Positions 42,202 to 52,992 of a DNA stretch of 64,000 nucleotides are shown piece by piece. Under the pieces are notes generated by a model that did no database searches, was not told the origin of the DNA, and saw only the letters and a program-made list of their open reading frames with translations. Source of the DNA: an uncultured Veillonellaceae bacterium (GTDB taxonomy: Bacteria > Bacillota > Negativicutes > JARBTT01); NCBI GenBank assembly GCA_963805085.1, contig CAWDTA010000002.1, positions 768,001 through 832,000 of the forward strand, in the 5' to 3' direction. Numbering within the stretch: position 1 is the stretch's first letter; every line of letters starts with the position of its first letter. Position numbers and translations under genes: made by a program.

Positions 42202-42682
42202 TTATTTTTTTCGCCCCTTTTGGCAATCTAACTCTGCTTAACACTTTCGTTAATGGATACGCCAATACTGCCGTATAAATCATACCTGGAACTGCCGCCA
42301 ACAATAACGGTATAACCGCTTTTCCTAAAAACAGCCCCATACTCAGTCTTGACACTGCTGATCCTATTGGTCCAGCAATAGAAAGTATCCAAATATTTTT
42401 TCCACCCAAACTCACCAGACCGCCTGCTACAATACGAAAAATACAAGCGATGAAAACATTAAATACGTTTTGCGTTCCTAGCATTAAACCAATCAAACTA
42501 GAAAGAACGCCCGCTATGATATATTTTTTAAAACCAAAAACTGCACAGATTGCTACAGCTAGCGGTGCTGATAATTGAAATTCTGTCCCGGGAAATAATC
42601 CCGGTAATTTAATGGCTCCTGTAATAGTAATAAAAGCCGTAAGTAAACCAATTTCCGTGCTTATTTGGGTTTGTTTCCTCAC
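42191..42682 (-). CDS. bioX: BioX-like membrane protein
   Basis: PGTEFQLSAPLAVAICAVFGFKKY recalls Lysinibacillus sphaericus BioX; same bioX-bioW-bioF order. Confidence 0.7.
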   Translation of the reverse strand: MRKQTQISTEIGLLTAFITITGAIKLPGLFPGTEFQLSAPLAVAICAVFGFKKYIIAGVLSSLIGLMLGTQNVFNVFIACIFRIVAGGLVSLGGKNIWILSIAGPIGSAVSRLSMGLFLGKAVIPLLLAAVPGMIYTAVLAYPLTKVLSRVRLPKGAKKINAV

Positions 42683-43680
42683 TAGAAATTACCTGCTTTT
42701 GCTGCTGGTCTACCAAGATCTTTCAGCATTTTCCGATCATCTTCGTAGCCACGGCCACCAGTTGTCAAATAACCACCAACCATCATGCCACTAATACCAC
42801 CCATTAAAGAAGTCGCTTGCAAATCTCTAAGATTGACTTCACGGCCACCAGCAGTTCTAATCCCACAATTCGGTACAATAAAACGAAATAACGCAAACGT
42901 TTTTAATATTTCAATTGGCGCAAGCGGTGCTTGATGTTCAAAAACAGTACCTTTGATCGGATTTAAAATATTGAGCGGAATCGAATGAACGCCAAAACCT
43001 CTGATTTCAAAAGCCATATCAAGACGATCTTCCATCGTTTCATTCATCCCTAAAATACCACCAGAACAAACCTCTAGCCCAGCCTCTTTGGCAATTTCAA
43101 TTGTTGTCAAACGATCATCATAACTATGGGTACTACAAATGTTAGGATAATTACGACGACTCGTTTCAATATTATGGTGATATCGCGAAACCCCAGCTTC
43201 TTTTAATGCTTTGGCATTTTCTAACGTTAAGGCCCCCAAAGAGCAACAAACCTTTAAATTGGTTTCAGCTAGAATTCGCTTTAACGCTGTTAATATTTTA
43301 GGAAACTCTTTGTCGCCTTCCATCCCTTTCCCACTGGTAACAATCGCAAAACGATTTGCGCCACCAGCCTCTGCTTCTTTTGCTTTCGCAACAATTTCAT
43401 CTGCAGCCATCAAGGGGTAAACCGCAACATTGGTATCATGATATTTAGATTGTGCACAATATTTACAGTTTTCACTGCAGCGACCAGACCGTCCATTGAC
43501 GATCGCGCATAAATCTACCTCATCACCAACATATTTTTGTCTAATCTTATCTGCCATAGCGAGCAAAAACGGCACATCATTATCAGGAATAGCAGCCAAT
43601 TGACTTGCTTCTTCTCTACTGATTTCTGTTCCCGCTAAAACCTTTTCACCTAAACGCGTGATTACATGAATATGTTCCAT
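42682..43680 (-). CDS. bioB: Biotin synthase
   Basis: CSENCKYCAQS radical SAM motif, YHHNIET, VCSGGILG, GYLTT. Confidence 0.96.
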   Translation of the reverse strand: MEHIHVITRLGEKVLAGTEISREEASQLAAIPDNDVPFLLAMADKIRQKYVGDEVDLCAIVNGRSGRCSENCKYCAQSKYHDTNVAVYPLMAADEIVAKAKEAEAGGANRFAIVTSGKGMEGDKEFPKILTALKRILAETNLKVCCSLGALTLENAKALKEAGVSRYHHNIETSRRNYPNICSTHSYDDRLTTIEIAKEAGLEVCSGGILGMNETMEDRLDMAFEIRGFGVHSIPLNILNPIKGTVFEHQAPLAPIEILKTFALFRFIVPNCGIRTAGGREVNLRDLQATSLMGGISGMMVGGYLTTGGRGYEDDRKMLKDLGRPAAKAGNF

Positions 43681-43704
43681 TACTCAATACTCCTTTTTAT
43701 AATA

Positions 43705-43789
43705 GTTAACCATATTATTTTATTCAGTTAACCATTATGATAGATTTATTTCTTTATTGTAAACTTATTATAATATAACTGTTAACAAT
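43705..43789. promoter_or_regulatory. BirA-type operator(s) of the bio operon
   Basis: ATTGTAAAC-N16-GTTAACAAT at 43756-43789 and GTTAAC-N16-GTTAAC at 43705-43732. Confidence 0.75.
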
Positions 43790-43991
43790 AATATTATAAT
43801 CCTGATATTTTAATTAGTAAATATGTTTTTTCTATAGTTCTAGTAACTTATCTGCTGAAGTCGTATCATATAATATTTTATTCTAATACGACTTCCGATC
43901 TACTAAATCAAAAATTTTTATAATTTCTAAATAATTTATGCATTTAGGAATGATATCTCTTTCTATTTTCGGTTAACGAATCACCGCACAG

Positions 43992-44369
43992 TTAACCAAT
44001 CATTTTAAAAATGATTCCAGTCACCATGGGAATCAACCAAATCCCCCATACGACAATGCTAAATTTATGAAACTTTTGCTTCAATGCTAAATTATCTTTG
44101 ATCATGACCCAAGTTGCCCAAATGACATGAAATAACATTAAGAATAACGCAATCGCTCCTGTTATAGAATGGAAATTATATTGAAACATTCCACCAACCA
44201 TTTGTCCCATTGCATGCGTTCCTATTGAATCACAAACAAAGCCAAGCCAGAATACAATGACATGCCACCATTTCAACGTTAATTGATATTTTTCTACGAA
44301 TACACCAATACTATAAAAAATTACAGCAAAGTTCATGAATATCATTGCTGTACGCATATGTTCTTGCAT
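43992..44369 (-). CDS. Small four-helix membrane protein (HsmA/TIGR03987-like)
   Basis: FYSIGVFVEK, FWLGFVCDSIGT, HSITG, FHKFSIVVWGIWLIP. Confidence 0.65.
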   Translation of the reverse strand: MQEHMRTAMIFMNFAVIFYSIGVFVEKYQLTLKWWHVIVFWLGFVCDSIGTHAMGQMVGGMFQYNFHSITGAIALFLMLFHVIWATWVMIKDNLALKQKFHKFSIVVWGIWLIPMVTGIIFKMIG

Positions 44370-44473
44370 GCTAATAACCTCCTCTAACCACTACTCACCG
44401 TATCATAACGCATAATTCTATTGTAACTTACCTAATGTAAAAAGCAATTTAATTTTTAATTATTACCATCATC

Positions 44474-44593
44474 TTGACAGCTTCATCATTTAGCAATATA
44501 ATCATTAACAGTGAATGCCGATTAAAAACATTCCGTCAATAGATATTATATTCTATAATGTCTATTGACAAACCCTCACCTTTGATATATAAT
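44474..44593 (+). promoter_or_regulatory. Tandem consensus sigma-A promoters upstream of tRNA-Pro
   Basis: TTGACA-17-TATAAT at 44474-44502 and again at 44565-44593. Confidence 0.8.
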
Positions 44594-44622
44594 ATATTTT
44601 GTTAACGCTGTTAAAATGTTAA

Positions 44623-44699
44623 CGGGGCATGGCTCAGTTTGGTAGAGCACCTGGCTTGGGACCAGGGGGTCGCAGGTTCGAATCCTGCTGCTCCGACCA
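44623..44699 (+). tRNA. tRNA-Pro (TGG)
   Basis: Cloverleaf; anticodon arm CCTGG-CTTGGGA-CCAGG, GGTTCGAATCC T-arm, encoded CCA. Confidence 0.97.
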
Positions 44700-44709
44700 C
44701 TTTAAAAGT

Positions 44710-44739
44710 AAACATCTTCCTGTTGGAAGATGTTTTTTT
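44710..44739 (+). terminator. tRNA terminator
   Basis: aaacatcttcc-tgtt-ggaagatgttt plus T-tract. Confidence 0.85.
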
Positions 44740-44810
44740 ATTTTTTATAAATTTAATTTTTTTTATGTAAACACTATTGCAAAAACACATAAAAAGGTGT
44801 ATTCTATTTT

Positions 44811-44905
44811 ACGGGGAACTACTACGGTTATCTGTAGTAGATGGCAAAGGGTATAGAGGCGGCAGCAGCGAGAGTTTAACGGAAAAACTCTCGCTGTTGT
44901 TTTTT
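44811..44905 (+). ncRNA. Candidate ~95-nt small RNA
   Basis: TTGCAA-17-TATTCT promoter (44777-44805), hairpin ctactacgg/ctgtagtag, strong terminator cagcgagagttt/aaactctcgctg plus T-tract. Confidence 0.45.
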
Positions 44906-44915
44906 ATTTTAATTT

Positions 44916-45152
44916 TTAAATAGTAGAATTATTATCTATTTTATTTACTAATATATAGTTTTCTAATAAATTTCTTAAATCCGATGGAAGATTGATATTA
45001 TTTACATTATTTACTACCTCTGTATTAATAAAGTCTTGAAAGCCAAGTGGTACATTAACAAATTGTTCATTATTTGCAATCGCCGCTAAGTTTTGAATAA
45101 CAAATACATCTAAAATATCCCGCACATCCTTTGCAACCGCCACACTAATCAC
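44916..45152 (-). CDS. Small hypothetical protein
   Basis: Open frame with AGGTAGGTG RBS; start may be the GTG at 45143. Confidence 0.5.
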   Translation of the reverse strand: MISVAVAKDVRDILDVFVIQNLAAIANNEQFVNVPLGFQDFINTEVVNNVNNINLPSDLRNLLENYILVNKIDNNSTI

Positions 45153-45432
45153 CTACCTTACTGATTAGTTTATGATAAACAAATATATTTGTTCAAATTA
45201 TGTAAGAAATACTTTGACATTTTATTTTACATAATTTAAAATTATAGTAATATAAAGGTAAAAATTTAAGTAATGTATTATAAAATCCGATAATACAATA
45301 AGAAAACTTAGCCACCTATGATAAATTGCTGATTTATATAAAATGTTTTAGTATATGAGTTGCTAATTTAAACTATTTATTATAAAGTAATAGATAGATA
45401 TTGATAAAATTACGAGCATTGGAGTATTTGCT

Positions 45433-45978
45433 ATGAATAAGATATATGCCATCATTGGACCACACGCTGCTGGTAAAACTACTATCATATCAAAATTAAA
45501 AACACAAGGAATTCCAGCTATCATTAGTCATACAACAAGAAAACCTCGCCCGGATGAAAAAGAAGGGCGTGAATATTACTTTGTTGAAAAAGATGAATTT
45601 CTTAAATTAGATTTGATTGAGAAAGTAACTTATCAAGGAGAGTATTATGGAATTTCCAAGAATGAGTTGTTAACGAAAATGCAATCTAGCAAAATAGATA
45701 CTGTCATGATAGAACAAAGTGGCTATAAACAATTAAAAAAACTATTAGGTGATCGCTTAGAATCCATTTACATTATGGTAGATTACGTAACTATGGTGGA
45801 ACGAATGCTAAATGACAAAGAAACGAATGATCAGATAAAGAAACAACTTGAATATATCGAGACCAATGGTGAACTTGATGCTTGGAAAATTACGAATTAT
45901 GTTGTAAAAAACTCTAGTAATATAAATATTACAATTAACCAAATCCTAGCTATCATGGGTTTATTAGCCCGTAAATAA
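45433..45978 (+). CDS. Guanylate kinase-like protein
   Basis: P-loop GPHAAGKT, SHTTRKPRPDEKEGREYYFV, YYGI. Confidence 0.8.
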   Translation: MNKIYAIIGPHAAGKTTIISKLKTQGIPAIISHTTRKPRPDEKEGREYYFVEKDEFLKLDLIEKVTYQGEYYGISKNELLTKMQSSKIDTVMIEQSGYKQLKKLLGDRLESIYIMVDYVTMVERMLNDKETNDQIKKQLEYIETNGELDAWKITNYVVKNSSNINITINQILAIMGLLARK

Positions 45979-46015
45979 AAGATCAGCATATCAATTGATA
46001 TGCTGATCTTTTTAT

Positions 46016-46876
46016 TTAAGCGTGTCTTGCTTGTTCTTGTAATTTAGCAACACGTTTTGCAGTCTCTGGATGCGTACTAAATAAGCTCATGATCGATTTA
46101 CCTGTACCACTTAATGGATTGATGATAAACATGTGCGAAGTTGCTGGCGTTGCCTGCTCCATGACTGCATTTTTAGCATAATGCTCAATTTTTTGCAGTG
46201 CAGTTGCAAGTGCTAGCGGATTACCGCAAATTTTACCACCCGCTTCATCTGCTTCATATTCACGAGAACGAGAAATTCCCATTTGAATCAAAGTTGCAGT
46301 TAATGGTGCAATGATGATTGTAAACAACATCCCAGCCATACCACCGCCATTATCTTCTTCATCAGAACGTCCAGCCCCAAATATTGCTGCCCATTGTGCC
46401 ATAGAACCAATCCAAGAAATTACCCCAGCAATTGATGCAACTACGGTACTAATTAAAGTATCTCGATTTTTAATATGAGCAAGCTCGTGGGAAATAACGC
46501 CTTGTAACTCTTCAAATTGTAAGGTTCTCATAATCCCGGTGGTTACTGCAACCACACCATTTGCAGGATTACGACCTGTCGCAAAGGCATTTGGTACATC
46601 TGTATCGATAATATACACCCGTGGCATTGGAATATCTGCATTTTGTGCAAGCCCCTTTACCATATTATATAAATCAGGTGCTTGTGTATCACTTACTTCA
46701 CGTGCATCATACATTTTTAAAACGATAGAATCACTGTACCAGTAACTAAAGAAATTCATGCCAAAAGAGATAATGAGCATAACCGTTGCCCCTGATTTCC
46801 CTCCTACTGCTCCCCCTACTGCCACTAATACACCGGTCAGTAAAGCAAGCAATATTGTTGTTTTTAACGTATTCAT
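46016..46876 (-). CDS. htpX: Zinc metalloprotease HtpX
   Basis: PNAFATGR, HELAH, ISRSREYEAD, FSTHP. Confidence 0.95.
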   Translation of the reverse strand: MNTLKTTILLALLTGVLVAVGGAVGGKSGATVMLIISFGMNFFSYWYSDSIVLKMYDAREVSDTQAPDLYNMVKGLAQNADIPMPRVYIIDTDVPNAFATGRNPANGVVAVTTGIMRTLQFEELQGVISHELAHIKNRDTLISTVVASIAGVISWIGSMAQWAAIFGAGRSDEEDNGGGMAGMLFTIIIAPLTATLIQMGISRSREYEADEAGGKICGNPLALATALQKIEHYAKNAVMEQATPATSHMFIINPLSGTGKSIMSLFSTHPETAKRVAKLQEQARHA

Positions 46877-46903
46877 AAAAAAGCCTCCCTTTTTAATTCC
46901 AAA

Positions 46904-47575
46904 TCAATTATTTATTTGATGGCATTGTTTATTTTTTAGATACCCAATGCCTAGTACAACTATTACAAATAACCATTCAATATAACTGGCAAAATTGATA
47001 AAATATTTTCCCATTGCTTCATCTTCTACCATCAATTTACCAGCTGTAAATGCTAAAATACCAGCACCTAAATATATTATAATAGAAAATCGATTCATTA
47101 AAGTTAAGAATAACTGTGATCCACATAGAACAAGGGGAATACTTGCAAGTAATCCGCAAATAATCAAACTCCATTTACCACTGGGTACCGTCTGGGCAAC
47201 ACCTGCTAGTGCTAAAATATTATCTACACTCATAATAAGATCCGCCACTAAGATAGTTTTAATTGCCTTCATTAATGTTACTGGTTTATTACTTCGATTA
47301 TTTTCATCATCGTTAGGATGAATCAGTAAATTAATTGCAATATAAAGCAATACTAGCCCCCCAAAAAATTGCAAATAGGCAATTGAAAGTAAGTCGGTTG
47401 CAAACAATGTCAAACAAACACGAATAAATATAGCACCAAAGCAACCAATAAACATCGCTTTTTTACGTTTATCTACTGGTAAGTCTCTACAAGCAAGCGC
47501 AATTAAAATTGCATTGTCACCACTTAAAATTAAATCTAATAATAAAATACTGCCTAAAGCTAAAAACCATTCCAA
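46904..47575 (-). CDS. TerC-family (YjbE-like) metal transport membrane protein
   Basis: DLILSGDNAILIALA, ADLIMSVDNILA; preceded by a yybP-ykoY riboswitch. Confidence 0.9.
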   Translation of the reverse strand: MEWFLALGSILLLDLILSGDNAILIALACRDLPVDKRKKAMFIGCFGAIFIRVCLTLFATDLLSIAYLQFFGGLVLLYIAINLLIHPNDDENNRSNKPVTLMKAIKTILVADLIMSVDNILALAGVAQTVPSGKWSLIICGLLASIPLVLCGSQLFLTLMNRFSIIIYLGAGILAFTAGKLMVEDEAMGKYFINFASYIEWLFVIVVLGIGYLKNKQCHQINN

Positions 47576-47597
47576 CTTTATACTCTCCTTTTTCTTA

Positions 47598-48353
47598 AAT
47601 CAAAACCACCCGTCCAACGGGTGGTTTGAACTGAGGCTGTAAGCCTCTATTACTAGCCAGCGTCTAAAGGCGCTGGCTTTCACTTTGTTCAAGCCACTGT
47701 GGTTTTGTCATTTTTACTATCCCTCAAGGGATATTTGTACTATTTTACTTTTTACCCTTAAAAGGGTCTTCATATTCTCTAACACTTAATTTATCTAGTG
47801 CCTGATCATGTTTTTCTTGCTCTTGTATATATTTTTTTATAGTGGCTTCATTCAATCCTACTGTACTTACATAATATCCTTCTGCCCAAAAATGTCTGTT
47901 CCCATATTTATACTTTAGGTTACTATGCTTTTCGAATATCATCAGTGCACTTTTTCCTTTTAAGTATCCCATAAATGCAGATACACTAATTTTCGGTGGT
48001 ATTGACACTAACATATGCACATGGTCTACCATCAAATGCCCCTCTAATATTTCTACCCCCTTGTAACTACATAATCTCCTTAATATTTCCCCTATACTTT
48101 CTCTGTATTGCCCATATATTATTTTTCTTCTATACTTCGGCGTAAATACTATATGATACTTGCACATCCATTTGGTATGTGCTAAACTTTGAGCCATAAA
48201 CTCACCGATCCTTTCTTGTAATAGTGGCCTGAACACCCTCTATTATAAGAATCCGGTGAGTTTTTGTATAACTTCTGTCGCGCACCTGCATAGCAGGTGG
48301 TTTTTTGTTTCGTTCGCTTCGCTACCTCAACAGACTAAAGTCTAAAATAAAAA
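47598..48353 (-). mobile_element. IS200/IS605-family element, copy 2
   Basis: Matches 10052-10807; identical transposase translation. Confidence 0.92.
47745..48197 (-). CDS. tnpA: IS200 Y1 (HUH) transposase
   Basis: Same protein as 10199-10651. Confidence 0.95.
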   Translation of the reverse strand: MAQSLAHTKWMCKYHIVFTPKYRRKIIYGQYRESIGEILRRLCSYKGVEILEGHLMVDHVHMLVSIPPKISVSAFMGYLKGKSALMIFEKHSNLKYKYGNRHFWAEGYYVSTVGLNEATIKKYIQEQEKHDQALDKLSVREYEDPFKGKK

Positions 48354-48470
48354 GACCTTGTCTCATTCAGTAAGATTGAGACAAGGTCTTGCTTGCAATA
48401 TTAATTGCCAATAGCACCAGGGTTTTAAGACCCGCAATGATGATACTACTGTACAGCTACTCCCCTTGTT
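48350..48470 (-). ncRNA. yybP-ykoY (Mn2+) riboswitch with terminator
   Basis: Minus strand AAGGGGAGTAGC...ATCATCAT...CTGG...GCAAGACCTT; terminator AGACCTTGTCTCA/TGAGACAAGGTCT; TTGACA-17-TACTAT promoter at 48530-48502; TerC gene downstream. Confidence 0.85.
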
Positions 48471-48535
48471 AGGAATAAAATTGATTCATGAAATTGAATA
48501 TATAGTAACATTAAATAGATAGCTTGTCAACTGTA

Positions 48536-50503
<1,968 letters not shown>

Positions 50504-50537
50504 TTATTACCAATTTATCTTTACTCAAAATTTATGA

Positions 50538-50789
50538 CTAGTCTTCATTATAAAATAAATTATCAGCTCGCTTTTTTAAAGTTAAAGAAGATATTGCTGA
50601 TAAATAAACTTTTGATTTTGTAACAACAAAGGATTTTGGATCATTTTCTGATATATCAATAATAAAATTTTTGTTTTTCATTTTTTTTATAAATTCACGA
50701 TTTACGACAGATCGAAAACTCTTGTAATCGTTAATTGATACAATATCGATCAGTGCCACTACAATATCAGATCCTAGATGTAGAAACAT
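50538..50789 (-). CDS. remB: DUF370/RemB-family protein
   Basis: MFLHLG...KSFVVT...VYLSAISSLTLKKR; conserved recF-gyrB position. Confidence 0.85.
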   Translation of the reverse strand: MFLHLGSDIVVALIDIVSINDYKSFRSVVNREFIKKMKNKNFIIDISENDPKSFVVTKSKVYLSAISSLTLKKRADNLFYNED

Positions 50790-51643
50790 TAATATTTCCT
50801 CCTGAATTTAGCAATCGTTTTATTAATTAATTTTTCATTGACTTCATCATGTTTTGCTCCAGTAAATAACATCGTTAATGTCATTAAATTTATATTAACC
50901 TCGTTATCTTCACCTTTGTCTAGATTTAGATTACTTGCAAAAATACGAATTAAAGTAATTTTAGCATCAATATATTCATCAGCACTGCATGATACATAAC
51001 TATTTACTTCGGCATACGTTACCCAAGGAACTTCTAATAAAATTTTACGAATTGCTGCATGCCTTTCTTGCTTTAATTCAATTTTACAGACACTACAATA
51101 TTGGCTTTCTTTTGGGCAAAGTGTATCACATTTTTCACATTTATGCCATTCTTTCGCTTTTTTTAATTTATTAAAAGCTAAGTGCTTTTGATAAAGTTTT
51201 GCGATTTTATATTGTAGCTTTTCCTCTTCTACATTCTCTACAATTTGCTTGGCGCTATTAACCTCGTTTACATTGAGCTTTACTCTTCTAAGATCTCGAG
51301 CAATATTGATTTCTTCTACCCCTTGATCATCATCGATGACTTTATTTTTAAAAGATTCCGTGCGAAAACGAATATCTTTAATTAATGGTTCACCAACAAA
51401 TTGATTTACCTTAAAAATAATATCAGCTTTCATCATGGATAAATGATGACACCAGACAGAGTTATTTACTGAAATAAATAAGACATTATATTCAACACTA
51501 AGAGGCGAAGATTGCGCAGCAATATCCTTACCAACAATTTTTTCCCAATTAAATATGGCTAATTGCGTCTTATAGTTTTTGTCGATACCTAAACTACTAA
51601 CCATTTGGGGGAGTATTTCTTTTATCTGTTCCAAAAAAATCAC
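50789..51643 (-). CDS. DUF721 (DciA-like) protein with Zn-ribbon extension
   Basis: WEKIVGKDIA...VNNSVWCHHL...IKDIRF; CEKC...CSVC. Confidence 0.75.
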   Translation of the reverse strand: MIFLEQIKEILPQMVSSLGIDKNYKTQLAIFNWEKIVGKDIAAQSSPLSVEYNVLFISVNNSVWCHHLSMMKADIIFKVNQFVGEPLIKDIRFRTESFKNKVIDDDQGVEEINIARDLRRVKLNVNEVNSAKQIVENVEEEKLQYKIAKLYQKHLAFNKLKKAKEWHKCEKCDTLCPKESQYCSVCKIELKQERHAAIRKILLEVPWVTYAEVNSYVSCSADEYIDAKITLIRIFASNLNLDKGEDNEVNINLMTLTMLFTGAKHDEVNEKLINKTIAKFRRKY

Positions 51644-52740
51644 TCCACTATTTTACCAGCTACGACATGATAATATTTTCCTAAATTTTCTTTAGGAAAA
51701 TAATTTATATCGGTCGCTGTAATGAACGTTTGAATTCTATCTCTAATAAATAATAACAACTGTTCACGCCTATTTGCATCAAGTTCACTCATCACATCAT
51801 CTAATAACAAAACAGGGTATTCACCCGTTTCTGATTTAATAAATTCTAATTCAGCAAGTTTGAGAGCTAATACACCTGTGCGTTGTTGTCCTTGCGAACC
51901 AAAGGATCGTAAGTTTATATTATTCACTTTTAATATAATATCATCACGATGTGGCCCTACACTAGTATTCCCACGAATGATATCAATTTCACGAGATTCA
52001 CTTAATTTATTATTATACCATGTATTTAAATCTTCTGGAACTATATTATCTTCTAAACCAGAAATTATATAACTAATTTCCAAACTTTCTTTATTTTTTG
52101 AAATTCTCCGATGCATCAAATTAGCAAGCATATTCAGTTTTTTGATTGCGTCTAACCTTTTCATTACAAGGTCGCGCGCAATAACAGCTAATTGTGTATC
52201 CCAACTTTCTAGTAAATCTTTGCTACTTTTCCGTTCCTTAATTTTTTTCAGTAGCATATTTCGTTGGGCAACAATCCGATTATACTTACTAAGCTGCTTA
52301 TAATAAATAGGACTGGCTTGAGAAATTTCAATATCGATAAACCGTCTTCTACCTGCTGGTGCACCTTTAATTAATGACAAATCTTCTGGCGAAAAAAGAA
52401 CAACATTAATGACCCCAATTAAATCTTTTTGTTTTATTGGATGACCATTATATATAATTTCTTTATTTTTTTCTGTACTAAAATTAAAACTTAATTTATT
52501 TTCGACCATCATCCGATCAAAAACAAGAGTTACCTTTGCTTTTGATTGTTCCCATTGAATTAAATCATTGTCAATATTGCTGCGATGGGAATGCCCCATC
52601 GCAGCATAATAGATTGCTTCAATGATATTGGTTTTTCCTTGCGCATTTTGACCTAAAAATATATTCAAATTATGGGTGAATTCTAAGGATAAAGCATTAT
52701 AATTTCTATAGTTATGTAAACTAATTTGCTTTACGCGCAT
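51640..52740 (-). CDS. recF: DNA replication/repair protein RecF
   Basis: GQNAQGKTN, FSPEDL, GPHRDD, GSQGQQR, LLDDVMSELD. Confidence 0.97.
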   Translation of the reverse strand: MRVKQISLHNYRNYNALSLEFTHNLNIFLGQNAQGKTNIIEAIYYAAMGHSHRSNIDNDLIQWEQSKAKVTLVFDRMMVENKLSFNFSTEKNKEIIYNGHPIKQKDLIGVINVVLFSPEDLSLIKGAPAGRRRFIDIEISQASPIYYKQLSKYNRIVAQRNMLLKKIKERKSSKDLLESWDTQLAVIARDLVMKRLDAIKKLNMLANLMHRRISKNKESLEISYIISGLEDNIVPEDLNTWYNNKLSESREIDIIRGNTSVGPHRDDIILKVNNINLRSFGSQGQQRTGVLALKLAELEFIKSETGEYPVLLLDDVMSELDANRREQLLLFIRDRIQTFITATDINYFPKENLGKYYHVVAGKIVE

Positions 52741-52743
52741 CGT

Positions 52744-52968
52744 TTATTCACCTTGACTTTTAACAACTTTCCAGGTGCCAGTTCCCATAATTTCAACTAC
52801 GTCCCCAGGATAGACTTTTTTTCTTCGCTCTGTTAATAAAACACCATTTAATTTTATGATGTTATCATCTAGCATAAAACGAACTTGACCACCTGAATCG
52901 ACAATTCCAGCCCATTTTAATAGCTGATCAAGTTGGATTACATCACTATTGATTTCTATTGTTTCCAT
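52744..52968 (-). CDS. yaaA: S4-domain RNA-binding protein YaaA
   Basis: IQLDQLLKWAGIVDSGGQ...RRKKVYPGD; dnaN-recF position. Confidence 0.88.
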   Translation of the reverse strand: METIEINSDVIQLDQLLKWAGIVDSGGQVRFMLDDNIIKLNGVLLTERRKKVYPGDVVEIMGTGTWKVVKSQGE

Positions 52969-52992
52969 ATTGGTTCTCCTTTTAAACTAGCA

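Noticed and set aside
44629-44856. 75-aa ORF over the tRNA
   Set aside because: Spurious translation of tRNA-Pro and its terminator
44623-45400. tRNA-Pro as an island attachment site
   Set aside because: No duplicate of the tRNA 3' end was found in the window and there is no integrase
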